From the NCBI GenBank assembly GCA_963850305.1, contig CAWKKR010000007.1, positions 96,001 through 160,000 of the forward strand: DNA of 64,000 bases, given 5' to 3'. A program made the position numbers and the translations under genes. The notes below the pieces were generated by a model. It was not told where the DNA came from, ran no database searches, and worked only from the letters and a program-made list of their open reading frames with translations. Shown in pieces: positions 20,406-30,413 of this stretch. Position 1 is the first letter of the stretch. Each line of letters starts with the position of its first letter. The stretch comes from an uncultured delta proteobacterium. GTDB taxonomy: Bacteria > Myxococcota_A > Polyangia > Polyangiales > Polyangiaceae.

Positions 20406-22049
20406 TCAGGGGCCGACTTGTTCCAGGGGCTGAGAGCCCGGTGCCTGATTGACGCTGGCGTCCAGGAACTTCTGCTGGAACTGCGCGAGCGTTTCGCCGC
20501 TCGTCTGCACGGTGCTGTCGTAGAAGCGCGCGCGGAACTCGTGCTGGTGCTTCGAGATGTTCGCGCCTCCGAGGAAGAAGGTCGCGAGCCGGTTCGTGGT
20601 CGAGTAGGTCGCGCGCAAGTTCGTGAGGCCGGTGGCGTATTGATCCGCGGGGTAGTACGGCTGCGCGGGGTTGCACGGGATCACCTGGCCGAGCGTGATG
20701 CACACCGGGTCGGCGGTGGTGTAGATGTTACAATCGTTGAGTCCGACGGAATAAAAGAGCCGGATCACCTCGTCGTTCATGCTGGAGACGATCGCGATGT
20801 TGCCGCGCGGGTGCTTCCTGAGCAAGAAGTCGGAGAGGTGAACCAGACCGCCGCCGTCCGCTTGCTGGCACTCGGTGCAGTCCGGCGGAAACTGGAAGCC
20901 CCACTGCGCACGCCACTTCTGCTGCATGCACACGGGCATCTCGGCGTCTTCGAAAGGTGGACCCGAGTCGTCCATGATGTCGACGCGGATGTCTCCCGCG
21001 TCGCCGAACGCGTCCATGACCATGCTCGCGTTGAGCGCCGCGCCGAAGCCGCCCGCGCTCGCGCCGGACAGCACGACGCGGTTCACCTTGCTCTTGTACG
21101 TCGGCACGATGTGGCCGAGGAACAGCTCCATGTTCGTTCCGCCGACGAACTGCTGCGGCGCGGTCTGCCCGGTGCCGGCGGCGACCGTCCCGTTCGGCTT
21201 TTTGCCGTAGAAGACATCTCCCGTGCAGTACGGGACGTAGATCATGTTCCAATCCTTGTACGGATTGGCAGCGTTCGTCGTGTCGAAGATGCCCTGTGGG
21301 GACCCCGCGGGCTGCGCACCGTTCGCGTCGGTATACGCGCCGGGCTGCTGCCACCCCGCGCCGGCGCCGAAGGTCGAACCGATCACGCTCTCGCCGTCCC
21401 CGGACAGCAGCGTGTTCACGCTCTGGGGATTGAAGGCGCAGAAGTGGTCGTCGCTGCACGCACCGCCACCCTCGAGATAGATGAACAGACTGCTCGCGGT
21501 GCCGTCGTGCGTGTAGAAGCCCGTCGGGGAACCGTCGCGGCACAGCGCGCCGGAAATGGTGTGCCAGTTCCAGCCAGCGGGTGGGGTCGGCGGCGTCGTC
21601 ATGCCGGGGATCCATCCGGTGGGCGCGGGAGAAGGCGCCACGCTGATCGGCACGGTGTCCGCGGTATCGGGGTCGAACGCGGCCAGCATCGGCGGAGCGA
21701 GGTCGCAGAAACCCGGGTTGCGGTTCTTGTTGCCGACGGTGTCGAAGTTGCAGTTCACGGCCGTGCCGCCGCCCGCGCTGCTGCCCCCGTTGCCGGTTCC
21801 TGAACCGCCCGCGCCGCCACCGTTGTCGCCACCGGCTCCGAAGCCGCCGGTGCCCAAGTTCCCGCTGCCACCGCCGGGTTGGCCGTATTGGCCGCCGGCG
21901 CCGAGGTCGCCCCCACCGCCGGCGCCGATGTTGCCGCCACCGCCCGTACCAGTGCCCAGGCTCGAGGTCCCGTCGTTGCTGGACGCGCAGTGGATTGCGC
22001 CGACGGCGACGGCGATTGTCACGAACGATACGATTTTCTTCGCGTGCAT
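20406..22049 (-). CDS. Pectinacetylesterase/Notum-like alpha/beta hydrolase lipoprotein (copy 2)
   Basis: MHAKKIVSFVTIAVAVGAIHC signal; catalytic domain nearly identical to copy 1 (SGASAGG). Confidence 0.85.
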   Translation of the reverse strand: MHAKKIVSFVTIAVAVGAIHCASSNDGTSSLGTGTGGGGNIGAGGGGDLGAGGQYGQPGGGSGNLGTGGFGAGGDNGGGAGGSGTGNGGSSAGGGTAVNCNFDTVGNKNRNPGFCDLAPPMLAAFDPDTADTVPISVAPSPAPTGWIPGMTTPPTPPAGWNWHTISGALCRDGSPTGFYTHDGTASSLFIYLEGGGACSDDHFCAFNPQSVNTLLSGDGESVIGSTFGAGAGWQQPGAYTDANGAQPAGSPQGIFDTTNAANPYKDWNMIYVPYCTGDVFYGKKPNGTVAAGTGQTAPQQFVGGTNMELFLGHIVPTYKSKVNRVVLSGASAGGFGAALNASMVMDAFGDAGDIRVDIMDDSGPPFEDAEMPVCMQQKWRAQWGFQFPPDCTECQQADGGGLVHLSDFLLRKHPRGNIAIVSSMNDEVIRLFYSVGLNDCNIYTTADPVCITLGQVIPCNPAQPYYPADQYATGLTNLRATYSTTNRLATFFLGGANISKHQHEFRARFYDSTVQTSGETLAQFQQKFLDASVNQAPGSQPLEQVGP

Positions 22050-22239
22050 GAACGTGCGAGCTCCGGTTCTCGAATCCAAAGTAAGCGGAAGGTGGGTCGC
22101 GCGAGAGACCCAGCGCGCTGAACCCGATGCTATTTGTTCCTTCGGAATACGACTCGCGTCAAGGTGATCGCGGTCGCGCAAAGTTCACACAGTTCATCGA
22201 TCCGTCGCGAGCGTTCACTTCCGTCATGGGTGGTGGCTT

Positions 22240-22275
22240 CCCCTGAGCGGAGCGATTTGGGGGAGCCCGGCCGCC
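22240..22275. repeat. Dispersed intergenic repeat (REP-like), copy A
   Basis: cccctgagcggagcgatttgggggagcccggccgcc; its reverse complement matches 45429-45474 apart from an internal insertion. Confidence 0.6.
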
Positions 22276-22311
22276 CGCAGGCTTGGCGAGGACGGACGGC
22301 TTCGCTTCGAC

Positions 22312-22363
22312 GCTGCGCGCGAGGGGGCAACATACGGGCTGCGCGCGAGGGGGCAACATACGG
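22312..22363. repeat. 26-bp tandem direct repeat, 2 copies
   Basis: gctgcgcgcgagggggcaacatacgg at 22312-22337 and 22338-22363. Confidence 0.9.
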
Positions 22364-22489
22364 CGCTGTATGTGTCTCGGTGTCGGTCATGAATTCGCCC
22401 CGCAGCATCGACGCGGACTGCGTTTCGACGCTTCGCTTGCGGGCATCCTGGGAACCGTTTGCTACGGTGCGGCATGCCGTGGATGGGCC

Positions 22490-23929
22490 ATGATTGACGC
22501 GCTCGGAGAGCGGCTTCGCACGCTCTCGCCGCGCGCGGATCACGTGTCGCTGCGGTTCGTCGACGAGGAGACGGAAGTCGTCTCGGTGCGCCAGGACGTG
22601 CCGGAACCGCCGCGGACGATCCGTGACCGCGGCGCGATGGTCACGGTCGTCGATGGGGATGGCATCGGGTACGCGGCGACGAGCGATCTGTCCGACGCGG
22701 GACTCCGCGGCGCGCTCGCGCGGGCGCACGATTGGGCGAAGCTCGTCCGGGGGCGTAGCGTCTTCGATGGGGTCGGTCCGGATTTGCGGTCGTCGCGGGG
22801 TGAGCATGCGTCGCGCGTCGAAGAGCCGATCCGTCTTTCCAAGGCGGAGCGGATCGAGATGCTCCTCCGCGAATCGCGCGCGGCGAAGCTCGACCCACGG
22901 ATCGTGGACTCGGCGGCGAGTCTGACGACGACGCGCGTGCGGCAGCTTCTCGTCACGGCCGACGGTGGCGAGACGCGCCAGGAGTTCGAGTTCGCGGTGC
23001 CGGGGCTGCACGTCACGGCGTTCGAGCGGGGTCAGACGCAAACGCGATCGTGGGGCGGGCGCTACAACGGGTTCTGCCAGCAGGGTGGGCTGGAGGTGCT
23101 CGAACGGGGCGGGTTCGCGGGGTCCGGACGACGCACGGCGGAAGAAGCACTGGAGCTCCTCGCCGCGCCGAACTGTCCGACGGGGAAATTCGATGTCGTG
23201 CTCATGCCGGATCAGATGATGCTCCAGATCCACGAGTCGATCGGGCACCCCATCGAGCTCGATCGCATCCTCGGCGACGAACGGAACTATGCGGGCACGA
23301 GCTTCGTCACGCTCGATATGTTCGGCACGTACCAGTACGGCTCGGCGCTCCTGAACGTGACGTACGATCCGACGCTTCCCGAGGAGTTCGCTTCGTTCGC
23401 GTTCGACGACGATGGAGCGCTCGCGGAACGACAGCACGTAATTCGCGACGGCATCCTCGTGAGACCGCTCGGCGGCGCGGTGTCGCAGGCGCGCGCGAAG
23501 ATGTCCGGAGTCGCCACCGCCCGCGCGTGCAGCTGGAATCGACCGCCCATCGATCGGATGTCGAATCTCAACGTCGAGCCGGGGGCAACGAGCCTGGACG
23601 ACATGATCGCGTCGATCGACGACGGCGTGCTCATGCGGACCAACGTGTCGTGGTCGATCGACGACTCGCGAAACAAGTTTCAGTTCGGGTGCGAATGGGG
23701 TCGGCGTATTCGCGAGGGGCGCCTCTCGGAGGTGGTGCGCAATCCCAATTATCGCGGCGTGTCCGCGACGTTCTGGCGGTCGCTCGAGATGGTCGGAGAC
23801 GCGGGCACCGTCGAGGTGATGGGGACGCCGTTCTGCGGCAAGGGCGAGCCGAACCAGGTGGTGCGCGTCGGCCACGCGAGTCCGCCATGCAAATTTTCGA
23901 GCGTGGACGTGTTCGGTGCCGAGACATGA
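22490..23929 (+). CDS. tldD: TldD metalloprotease subunit
   Basis: HESIGHPIELDR (HExxxH), FDDDG, RMSN, CGKGEPNQ...VGHASP. Confidence 0.9.
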   Translation: MIDALGERLRTLSPRADHVSLRFVDEETEVVSVRQDVPEPPRTIRDRGAMVTVVDGDGIGYAATSDLSDAGLRGALARAHDWAKLVRGRSVFDGVGPDLRSSRGEHASRVEEPIRLSKAERIEMLLRESRAAKLDPRIVDSAASLTTTRVRQLLVTADGGETRQEFEFAVPGLHVTAFERGQTQTRSWGGRYNGFCQQGGLEVLERGGFAGSGRRTAEEALELLAAPNCPTGKFDVVLMPDQMMLQIHESIGHPIELDRILGDERNYAGTSFVTLDMFGTYQYGSALLNVTYDPTLPEEFASFAFDDDGALAERQHVIRDGILVRPLGGAVSQARAKMSGVATARACSWNRPPIDRMSNLNVEPGATSLDDMIASIDDGVLMRTNVSWSIDDSRNKFQFGCEWGRRIREGRLSEVVRNPNYRGVSATFWRSLEMVGDAGTVEVMGTPFCGKGEPNQVVRVGHASPPCKFSSVDVFGAET

Positions 23930-25257
23930 CGATCCTCGGCCGAGAGACGTTTTTCCACCTAGTCGAGCGCGTGACGAACGTGCTCAAGGGCGGCGAGGTA
24001 TTGCTCGCTTCCTTCGCGGGAGAAGAGTCGGATTTCGTCCGATTCAACCGCGCGCTCGTCCGACAAGCGATGACGATCCGTCAAGGGTACGTCACGCTCT
24101 CGCTCATCGAGGGCGCTCGGCGCGACACGACCACGATCGCGCTCTCCGGGGATCGCGAAGAAGACGGACGTGCCGCGGTTGCGAGCCTCCGCGCCATGCG
24201 CGACGGGCTCGCAGGATTGCCCGAAGATCCGTACCTGCTCTACTCGACGGAACCGTCGGCGTCGGATCGCGTGGAGCGGGGGCGATTACCGTCACCGAGC
24301 GACGCGCTCGCTACGATCCTCGACGCCGCGCGCGGGACTGACCTCGTCGGCATCTATGCGTCGGGTCCGATGAAGCGAGGGTTCGCGAGCTCGCTGGGGC
24401 ACCGCCACTTCCACGAAGTCGACGGTTTCCAGTTCGACTGGTCCGTCTACCGGTCATCGGACAAGGCCGTGAGCATGACGCATGCCTCGCGTGACTGGGA
24501 GCCGAAGGCCTTGGTGGAGCGGATAGAGCAGGCGCGCGCCACGCTCGGTCAACTCGGGCGTCCGGCGCGGACGATCTCGCCTGGCGCGTATCGTGCGTTC
24601 CTGTCGCCCGCGGCCGTCGCGGAGCTCGTCGCGATGTTGAACTGGGGGGGCGTCTCGGAGAAAGCGCGTCGCACGAAGACGAGCGCGATCCAGAAGCTGT
24701 CCGATGGGGAGCTCTCCTGGTCTCCCAAGCTCACGCTCCGCGAAAATACCGCCGCGGGGCTCGCGCCGTCGTTCGACGACGTCGGGTTTCGAAAACCGCC
24801 GATGGTCGACCTCGTCGTGGGCGGCGTCCAGGCGGCGAGTCTCGTCGGGCCGCGCACCGCGCGAGAGTACGGCCTCGACGCCAACGCGGACGGCGAAGAG
24901 ACGCTCCGCTCCGCCGAGCTCGAGGCAGGTACGCTCGATGTGGACGAAGTCCTCGCGGCCCTCGACACCGGCGTGTACGTCGCGAACCTCTGGTACCTGA
25001 ACTTCTCCGATCGAGTGAACGCGCGGGTCACGGGGATGACCCGGTTCGCGACGTTCTGGGTGGAGGGCGGGCGCATCGTCGCGCCGTTGAACGTCATGCG
25101 TTTCGACGACACGCTGCACCGGATGTTCGGCGAGAATCTCGTCGCGCTGACGCGCGAACGAGAGTTCATCATGAGCACCTCGACCTATTCGGAGCGTTCC
25201 GTCGAAACGGGACGGTTTCCTGGGATGCTGCTGGGCGCGCTGACCCTCACACTCTGA
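23926..25257 (+). CDS. TldE/PmbA-family partner subunit
   Basis: SDFVRFN, PGAYRAFLSP, LWYLNFSDR, TGMTRFATFWVE. ATGA overlap with tldD. Confidence 0.85.
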   Translation: MTILGRETFFHLVERVTNVLKGGEVLLASFAGEESDFVRFNRALVRQAMTIRQGYVTLSLIEGARRDTTTIALSGDREEDGRAAVASLRAMRDGLAGLPEDPYLLYSTEPSASDRVERGRLPSPSDALATILDAARGTDLVGIYASGPMKRGFASSLGHRHFHEVDGFQFDWSVYRSSDKAVSMTHASRDWEPKALVERIEQARATLGQLGRPARTISPGAYRAFLSPAAVAELVAMLNWGGVSEKARRTKTSAIQKLSDGELSWSPKLTLRENTAAGLAPSFDDVGFRKPPMVDLVVGGVQAASLVGPRTAREYGLDANADGEETLRSAELEAGTLDVDEVLAALDTGVYVANLWYLNFSDRVNARVTGMTRFATFWVEGGRIVAPLNVMRFDDTLHRMFGENLVALTREREFIMSTSTYSERSVETGRFPGMLLGALTLTL

Positions 25258-25270
25258 CCGGCGAGGAGAG

Positions 25271-26103
25271 CTACTTTTCCGTGGCCCGCGGCGAGCTCCC
25301 TCGCGAGGAGCGGTATTCCGTCGGCGACTGACCGGTCCACCTGCGAAAGGCGCGCCCGAACGCGCGCACGTCGGAGAAACCGAGGAGAAAAGCGATCTCA
25401 CTGACCGTGGGCTCCGCCCCTGCGAGGTGTCGCACGGCCATTTCGCGCCTGAGATCGTCCACGATTTCGGTAAACGTGGAGTCCTCGTCCAGCCTTCTCC
25501 GGAGCGTGGCCGTGCCCATCCCGACGCGCCGCCTTCGTCATGCTGAGGGATCCCGTCTGAAATTGTTCCGCTGCTTCGGCGCGAATACGGGCGACGAGGC
25601 CGGTCTCTTCGCGCAGTTTCTCGGTGATGCGGCGAGCCTGGATTTCGAACGCAGTCGACATCTGCGGGTTGTGACGGAGCATCGGCACTTCGAGGCGCTG
25701 CTTACGGAGCACGATCGCGTTCTCCGCGAACCCGAAGCGTGCGGTCGTCCGCAGATATCTCTCGTACTCGTCCGCGTAGGGAGGCTCGTCGTGCGCGAAG
25801 CGGACTTCGACGGGCGGCTCGTATACCGTCACGTTCCGTTCGGAGAACGCGAGCGACATGGCGATCGCATAGTCGTTGACTGCGGGTGGGACGACCACGC
25901 CGTCCTTCATCCGGAACCGCCAGATGGCTCGGTCGCCCTCCGAGGAGATCTCGACCTCAGCGGCTTCGTGCATGATCCGCAAGTAACGCGCCATCAGAAG
26001 CATCGCCTCGCCGAGATTCGGCGCGCTGCGCGCTGCGTACTCGAGGACGTCCAGGTCGCCCTGGTCCACGAGCTGGCCGGCGCGGAGGCCCAGCAATGCG
26101 GGG
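25271..26103 (-). pseudogene. AraC-family regulator, 5'-truncated and frameshifted near 25525
   Basis: LGLRAGQ..DVLEYAARSAPNLGEA ligand domain (ORF 25398..26120) and HTH TLRRRL...EIAFLLGFSDVRAFGRAFRRWTGQSP (ORF 25271..25519) lie in different frames. N-terminus absent. Confidence 0.8.
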
Positions 26104-27070
26104 CTCTCGCCAGCCTCCATTGCGCGTCCGACAAGAACGGCACCGGATTGGCGGACAATGACGGATCGACGCCGCTCGGCGCCGGCGGCAGCGTCCCGGT
26201 CGGCTCGGGCGGTTTCGAGACGAACCCTGGAGGTTACGGCAACACGACGACCGGCGACGTCGGCTCCGGAGGAGCCGCGACGGGCGCGGGCGGCACGACC
26301 GGGACCGACGGCGGCTTCGCTGCGGGAGGCGGCTCCAACCCCGGCCGCGGTTCATCCGTGAACTGCAAGTTCGACACGGTCGGCAACCAGAACCGGAACC
26401 CTGGGTTCTGCGATCTGGCTCCGGCGATGCTGTCGGCATTCGATCCCGACACGGCGGACCCCGTCCCCGTCTCGACGGCGTCCCTGGGCGCCGCCTTACC
26501 CACGAACGCGCCCGCGGGCTGGAACTGGCACACGATCGACGGCGCGATGTGTCGCGACGGTTCCCCGACGGGCTTTTACACGCACGACGGCACTGCGAGC
26601 AGCTTGCTCATCTATCTCGAGGGCGGCGGCGCGTGCAGCGACGACCACTTCTGCGCGTTCAACCCGTCGAGCGTGAACACGCTTCTGTCGGGCGATGGCG
26701 AGAGCGTTCTCGGGTCCACGTTCGGTGCGGGCGCCGGCTGGCAGCAGCCGGGCGTCTACACGGATAACACCGGAGTCCAGGGCATCTTCGACACGACGAA
26801 CACCGCCAATCCATACAAGGACTGGAACATCGTCTATGTGCCGTACTGCACCGGGGACGTGTTCTTCGGCAAGAAGCCGAATGCGACGGTCTCCGCGGGC
26901 GCGACCGGGCAGACCGCACCGCAGCAGTTCGTCGGCGGGTCCGGGCGCGATTCTACGACAGCACGGTGCAGACGAACGGCGAGACCCTCGCGCAGTTCGA
27001 GCAGAAGTTTCTCGACGCGAGCGCGAGCGAGGCTCCGGGCTCGACGCCACTCGAACAGGTCGGGCCCTGA
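26098..27070 (+). pseudogene. Pectinacetylesterase-like lipoprotein copy 3, 5'-truncated with about 600-nt internal deletion
   Basis: GALASLHCASDK lipobox remnant; matches copies 1 and 2 up to QQFVGG (26939), then jumps in another frame to RARFYDSTVQTNGETLAQ...LEQVGP*. The GASAG motif is missing. Confidence 0.85.
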
Positions 27071-27189
27071 AGGACGGGGAGCGCCCGCGAGCTCAGTTGC
27101 CGCTGAGTTCGCGGTGCGCGAGGCAGGCCGTCGGCAAAACCCGCCGACCTTGTGGCGCCGATATTTCTGGCGGCCTCGCGTGAGCCCGC

Positions 27190-27999
27190 TCACCAGAACG
27201 TCGCGATGATCTGTCCCTTCGGGATCCGATCGCGGATGGACTCGTGAAGCTCGGGGAGCAACGACCAGTGGACGCCCGGTCGCATGTGATGCGCCGTGTG
27301 ATAGCCTAGGTTCCAGCTCAGCGCGTTGAAGAGCCCGTGCTCGCGGTTCACGCTCGCGTCGAGGTGATCGCTCGCGTGGTTGCCCGCGTGATGCTCGTAG
27401 GTTGCCCAGCACGTGTGGAGGAGCGTGAGCAACCCCGGCACGACGAACGCGAGCGCGCAGTTCAGCGGGTTCACGTAGAGCCCGAGCGCGAGCAGAGCGT
27501 AGAGCGGGACCTTCATCAGCAGGTACGTCCGGAAAATCTTCGGATGCTTTTTGCCCACCCGAAACACATCGACCTGGTGATGAAGGAACAAGTGGAACGA
27601 ATACTCGAGGCGCCCCATCGTCGACCCGTCGGAGCGAGTCCAGTGCGATTCGTCGGGCGAGCCGTGCGGTGGCTGGTTCAAATAATTCTGATGGTGTCCC
27701 AAGTTGTGGTGGAGGACCCACGTGTACGGCCCGATCCCCGTCTGGAGCGCGAGGATCAGATCGTAGAGCCGGTTCATCCACCGCGAATGGAACACACCGA
27801 GGTGTTGGTGGTGATGATTCAGCGGTGCGACGGAAATACTCGCGAGCCAGAGCGGCGCCACGCAGAGGATGGCGACGGTTGGCGTCGCCCAGACGAAGGC
27901 GGCCACGTGCAGCAGGAATGCGAGGACGACGTACGCGACGGACGCGCGGTCGGCCTTGTATCGCAGCAAGCGGCCGCGCCCTGTGAGGATGGGGGACAT
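27190..27999 (-). CDS. Membrane fatty acid desaturase family protein
   Basis: His boxes NHHHQH, HHNLGHH, EHH, YHTAHH. Confidence 0.85.
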   Translation of the reverse strand: MSPILTGRGRLLRYKADRASVAYVVLAFLLHVAAFVWATPTVAILCVAPLWLASISVAPLNHHHQHLGVFHSRWMNRLYDLILALQTGIGPYTWVLHHNLGHHQNYLNQPPHGSPDESHWTRSDGSTMGRLEYSFHLFLHHQVDVFRVGKKHPKIFRTYLLMKVPLYALLALGLYVNPLNCALAFVVPGLLTLLHTCWATYEHHAGNHASDHLDASVNREHGLFNALSWNLGYHTAHHMRPGVHWSLLPELHESIRDRIPKGQIIATFW

Positions 28000-28486
28000 G
28001 ATCGTGCCGCGTGGTTATTACCCCGTCCCGTTTCTGGAGTCGCGCCGATCGTGGCGAAATGTCTCGCCGCGCCGCGTCCGTACCGTCTTCCCCGATGTAG
28101 GTGCTCCCGAAGCGTCAGGATCCTGTCACGGAAGCGTCCGCGCGGTGTCGCCAGCGACTCGCCCTTGCGCGGAAGCGCCGACTGTGCCGCGTCCTCACGC
28201 ACGTTGACGACGCGCAACGCGCGTGGAGCTAAGTGACAACTCGAATTGACGGATCCGGTGTCCCGCTCCAGCTTTTGGACGAAAGGCCCCACACGAGAAT
28301 TGAGTGGTGGAGGTCCAAGAACGATCGGGTAGGGAGCACCGTCAGCGCGGACGCGCCGAACCGCAGGCGGGCTCCGATCGGCGCGGTCGCTGCGCGGCCG
28401 TCTCGAGCGAAAAAGACGTACCGTGCCTGCCCCGGATGGCCACCGGTGACCACTGACGTACGGATCAGCATCCGGGGAATCCATCG

Positions 28487-30127
28487 ATGAGAGCTTCGTT
28501 CCTTCGCATTTCGGCTGCTTGCTCGTTCGTATTCCTCGCGGCGGTCGCCTGTGGTGGCTCCACCTCGACCAACATCGGCGGCGGGCCCGGAGCTGGTGGG
28601 CAGGACGCCGGTCTGGCGGGCGCAGGCTACGGCGGTGGTCTTCTCGCAAGCGGGGGTACCAATGGTTCCGCCGGTTTCGTCAGCAGCTCCGGGGGTCTCC
28701 AGGGGACGGGTGGCGTGACGCCTGTGGTCGACAGTGGTTCAGTGGACGGCTCTGCAGGCGGCACCGGGAATGTTGCGGACGGTTCTGCCGGTGGAAACTC
28801 CACCGTCGACTCCGGCACCGGAGGCACGGCCAGCACCGGAGGCACGGCCAGCACCGGAGGCACGGCCAGCACCGGAGGCACGGCCAGCACGGACGCAGGC
28901 TCGGGCTGTCAGTCCAGTAACGATTGCCCGAACTCGGCGCCGCGTTGCGAGCTGACGACCCACGCCTGCGTCGAGTGTCTGACCACCCCGCAATGCGGCG
29001 CGACGAACCTCCGGTGCAATGCCCAGCACGAGTGCGTGCCGGGCTGCGCGTCGGCAGGGGACTGCGCGTTCCCGACGTCCGCGTGTGACACGACCACGAA
29101 CGAATGTGTCCAGTGCACCTCCGGCGCGACGTGCCTGAACCCGAACGCTCCGAACTGCGACCTCACGACGGACACGTGCGTTCAATGCCTCGGCAATGGG
29201 GACTGCACTGCAGCCGGCCAGACGTGCCACCTTGCCACTCACACGTGCGCCCCAACGTGCTCGGCTGCAGGTCCGACATGCCCGCCCACCACGGTGTGCG
29301 ACACGGCCACTGACACCTGTGTCCAGTGCACGTCGCAGGCACAATGTCCGGGACCGACGCCGTACTGCAGCGCGACCACGAACACCTGCGTTGGCTGCCT
29401 CGACGATCAGAACTGTACGGGTGGCAGGGTCTGCACTGCCGGCGTGTGCGCCTGTGCGGGGAATCAACGAGTCTGCGGCGCTGCCTGTGTAGACACGACC
29501 ACCGACGCCGATAATTGCGGGCGGTGCGGCAACGTGTGCGAAAACGGCTCCACCTGCGAGGGCGGCGTCTGCAGCTGCGCGGCGGGGCTCTCCGCCTGCG
29601 GCGCGGGGCTCGCGGCCACCTGCGACGACCTGAAGAACGATCCGCGGAACTGCGGCGGCTGCGGCGCTCCCTGCACGGCGCTCCAGTACTGTTCCGGCGG
29701 AACGTGTGCCTGTCGGCCGGGGCTGACCGCGTGTGACGGAGCGTGCGTGGACACGCAGACGAATCCGCGCGCCTGCGGAGGATGTGGCAAACCCGCCTGT
29801 GCCGCCGGGGACCTATGTGTTGCTGGCAAGTGCGTGGCAGCGGCGGGAGGGTGCAAGGCTCCCGTTCCAGACACGTGCCAGGTCGATGGGCGCGCCGTGT
29901 GCACGGATCTCGCCACTGATCCAGCGCACTGCGGTGTCTGCGGCGCCGCGTGCACGGCCAACCAGGTGTGCGTCGCTGGACATTGTGATGCGTACCGACC
30001 CGCAACGCCGTGCAACACGTGCCCCTGCGACGCCTGCGACGCACGAGGCGCCCTCACCGCATGTTGTCCCGGCATTGGTACGGGTTCCGCGCCCATTTGC
30101 ATCGCCGATACGACGAGCTGCAACTGA
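28487..30127 (+). CDS. Cys-rich repeat lipoprotein (myxobacterial; STIG1-like D.xNCGxCG repeats)
   Basis: Lipobox AVAC, Gly linker, CxxC repeats (CVQC), four DxxNCG/HCG modules. Confidence 0.8.
   Translation: MRASFLRISAACSFVFLAAVACGGSTSTNIGGGPGAGGQDAGLAGAGYGGGLLASGGTNGSAGFVSSSGGLQGTGGVTPVVDSGSVDGSAGGTGNVADGSAGGNSTVDSGTGGTASTGGTASTGGTASTGGTASTDAGSGCQSSNDCPNSAPRCELTTHACVECLTTPQCGATNLRCNAQHECVPGCASAGDCAFPTSACDTTTNECVQCTSGATCLNPNAPNCDLTTDTCVQCLGNGDCTAAGQTCHLATHTCAPTCSAAGPTCPPTTVCDTATDTCVQCTSQAQCPGPTPYCSATTNTCVGCLDDQNCTGGRVCTAGVCACAGNQRVCGAACVDTTTDADNCGRCGNVCENGSTCEGGVCSCAAGLSACGAGLAATCDDLKNDPRNCGGCGAPCTALQYCSGGTCACRPGLTACDGACVDTQTNPRACGGCGKPACAAGDLCVAGKCVAAAGGCKAPVPDTCQVDGRAVCTDLATDPAHCGVCGAACTANQVCVAGHCDAYRPATPCNTCPCDACDARGALTACCPGIGTGSAPICIADTTSCN
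28817..28888 (+). repeat. 18-bp coding tandem repeat, 4 copies (TGGTAS)
   Basis: accggaggcacggccagc at 28817, 28835, 28853 and 28871. Confidence 0.95.
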
Positions 30128-30413
30128 CGCTCGGCGGTGGATCGTTGGCTTGAACCGCGCCGGGTCGCTGTGCGGAACTTGCGTCAGCCGGCGCGGCGGT
30201 GCTCGGCGCGCTCACCGCCCGAGGCCGCGAAGACGACGTAGAGAGCCTCGGTCTTGGACTGACGTATCGCGAGTCGGACCGCGAATCGCCAGTCATCGTC
30301 GCAACCGGCAGTGGCGGCGAAGACTTCGCAGACCTCCTGCCATCGGAAGAGGCCCGGCAGCCGGACCCATTCGGTTTCTTCTCGTGGCATGTCGAATGAA
30401 CCCGCCACCCTCG

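Noticed and set aside
22490..25257. RiPP/microcin cluster around tldD/E
   Set aside because: No precursor peptide, YcaO or transporter is adjacent; TldD/E are widespread housekeeping proteases.
18564..27070. Diversity-generating retroelement or invertible cassette among the esterase copies
   Set aside because: No reverse transcriptase or recombinase; the differences I compared look largely synonymous rather than adenine-specific.
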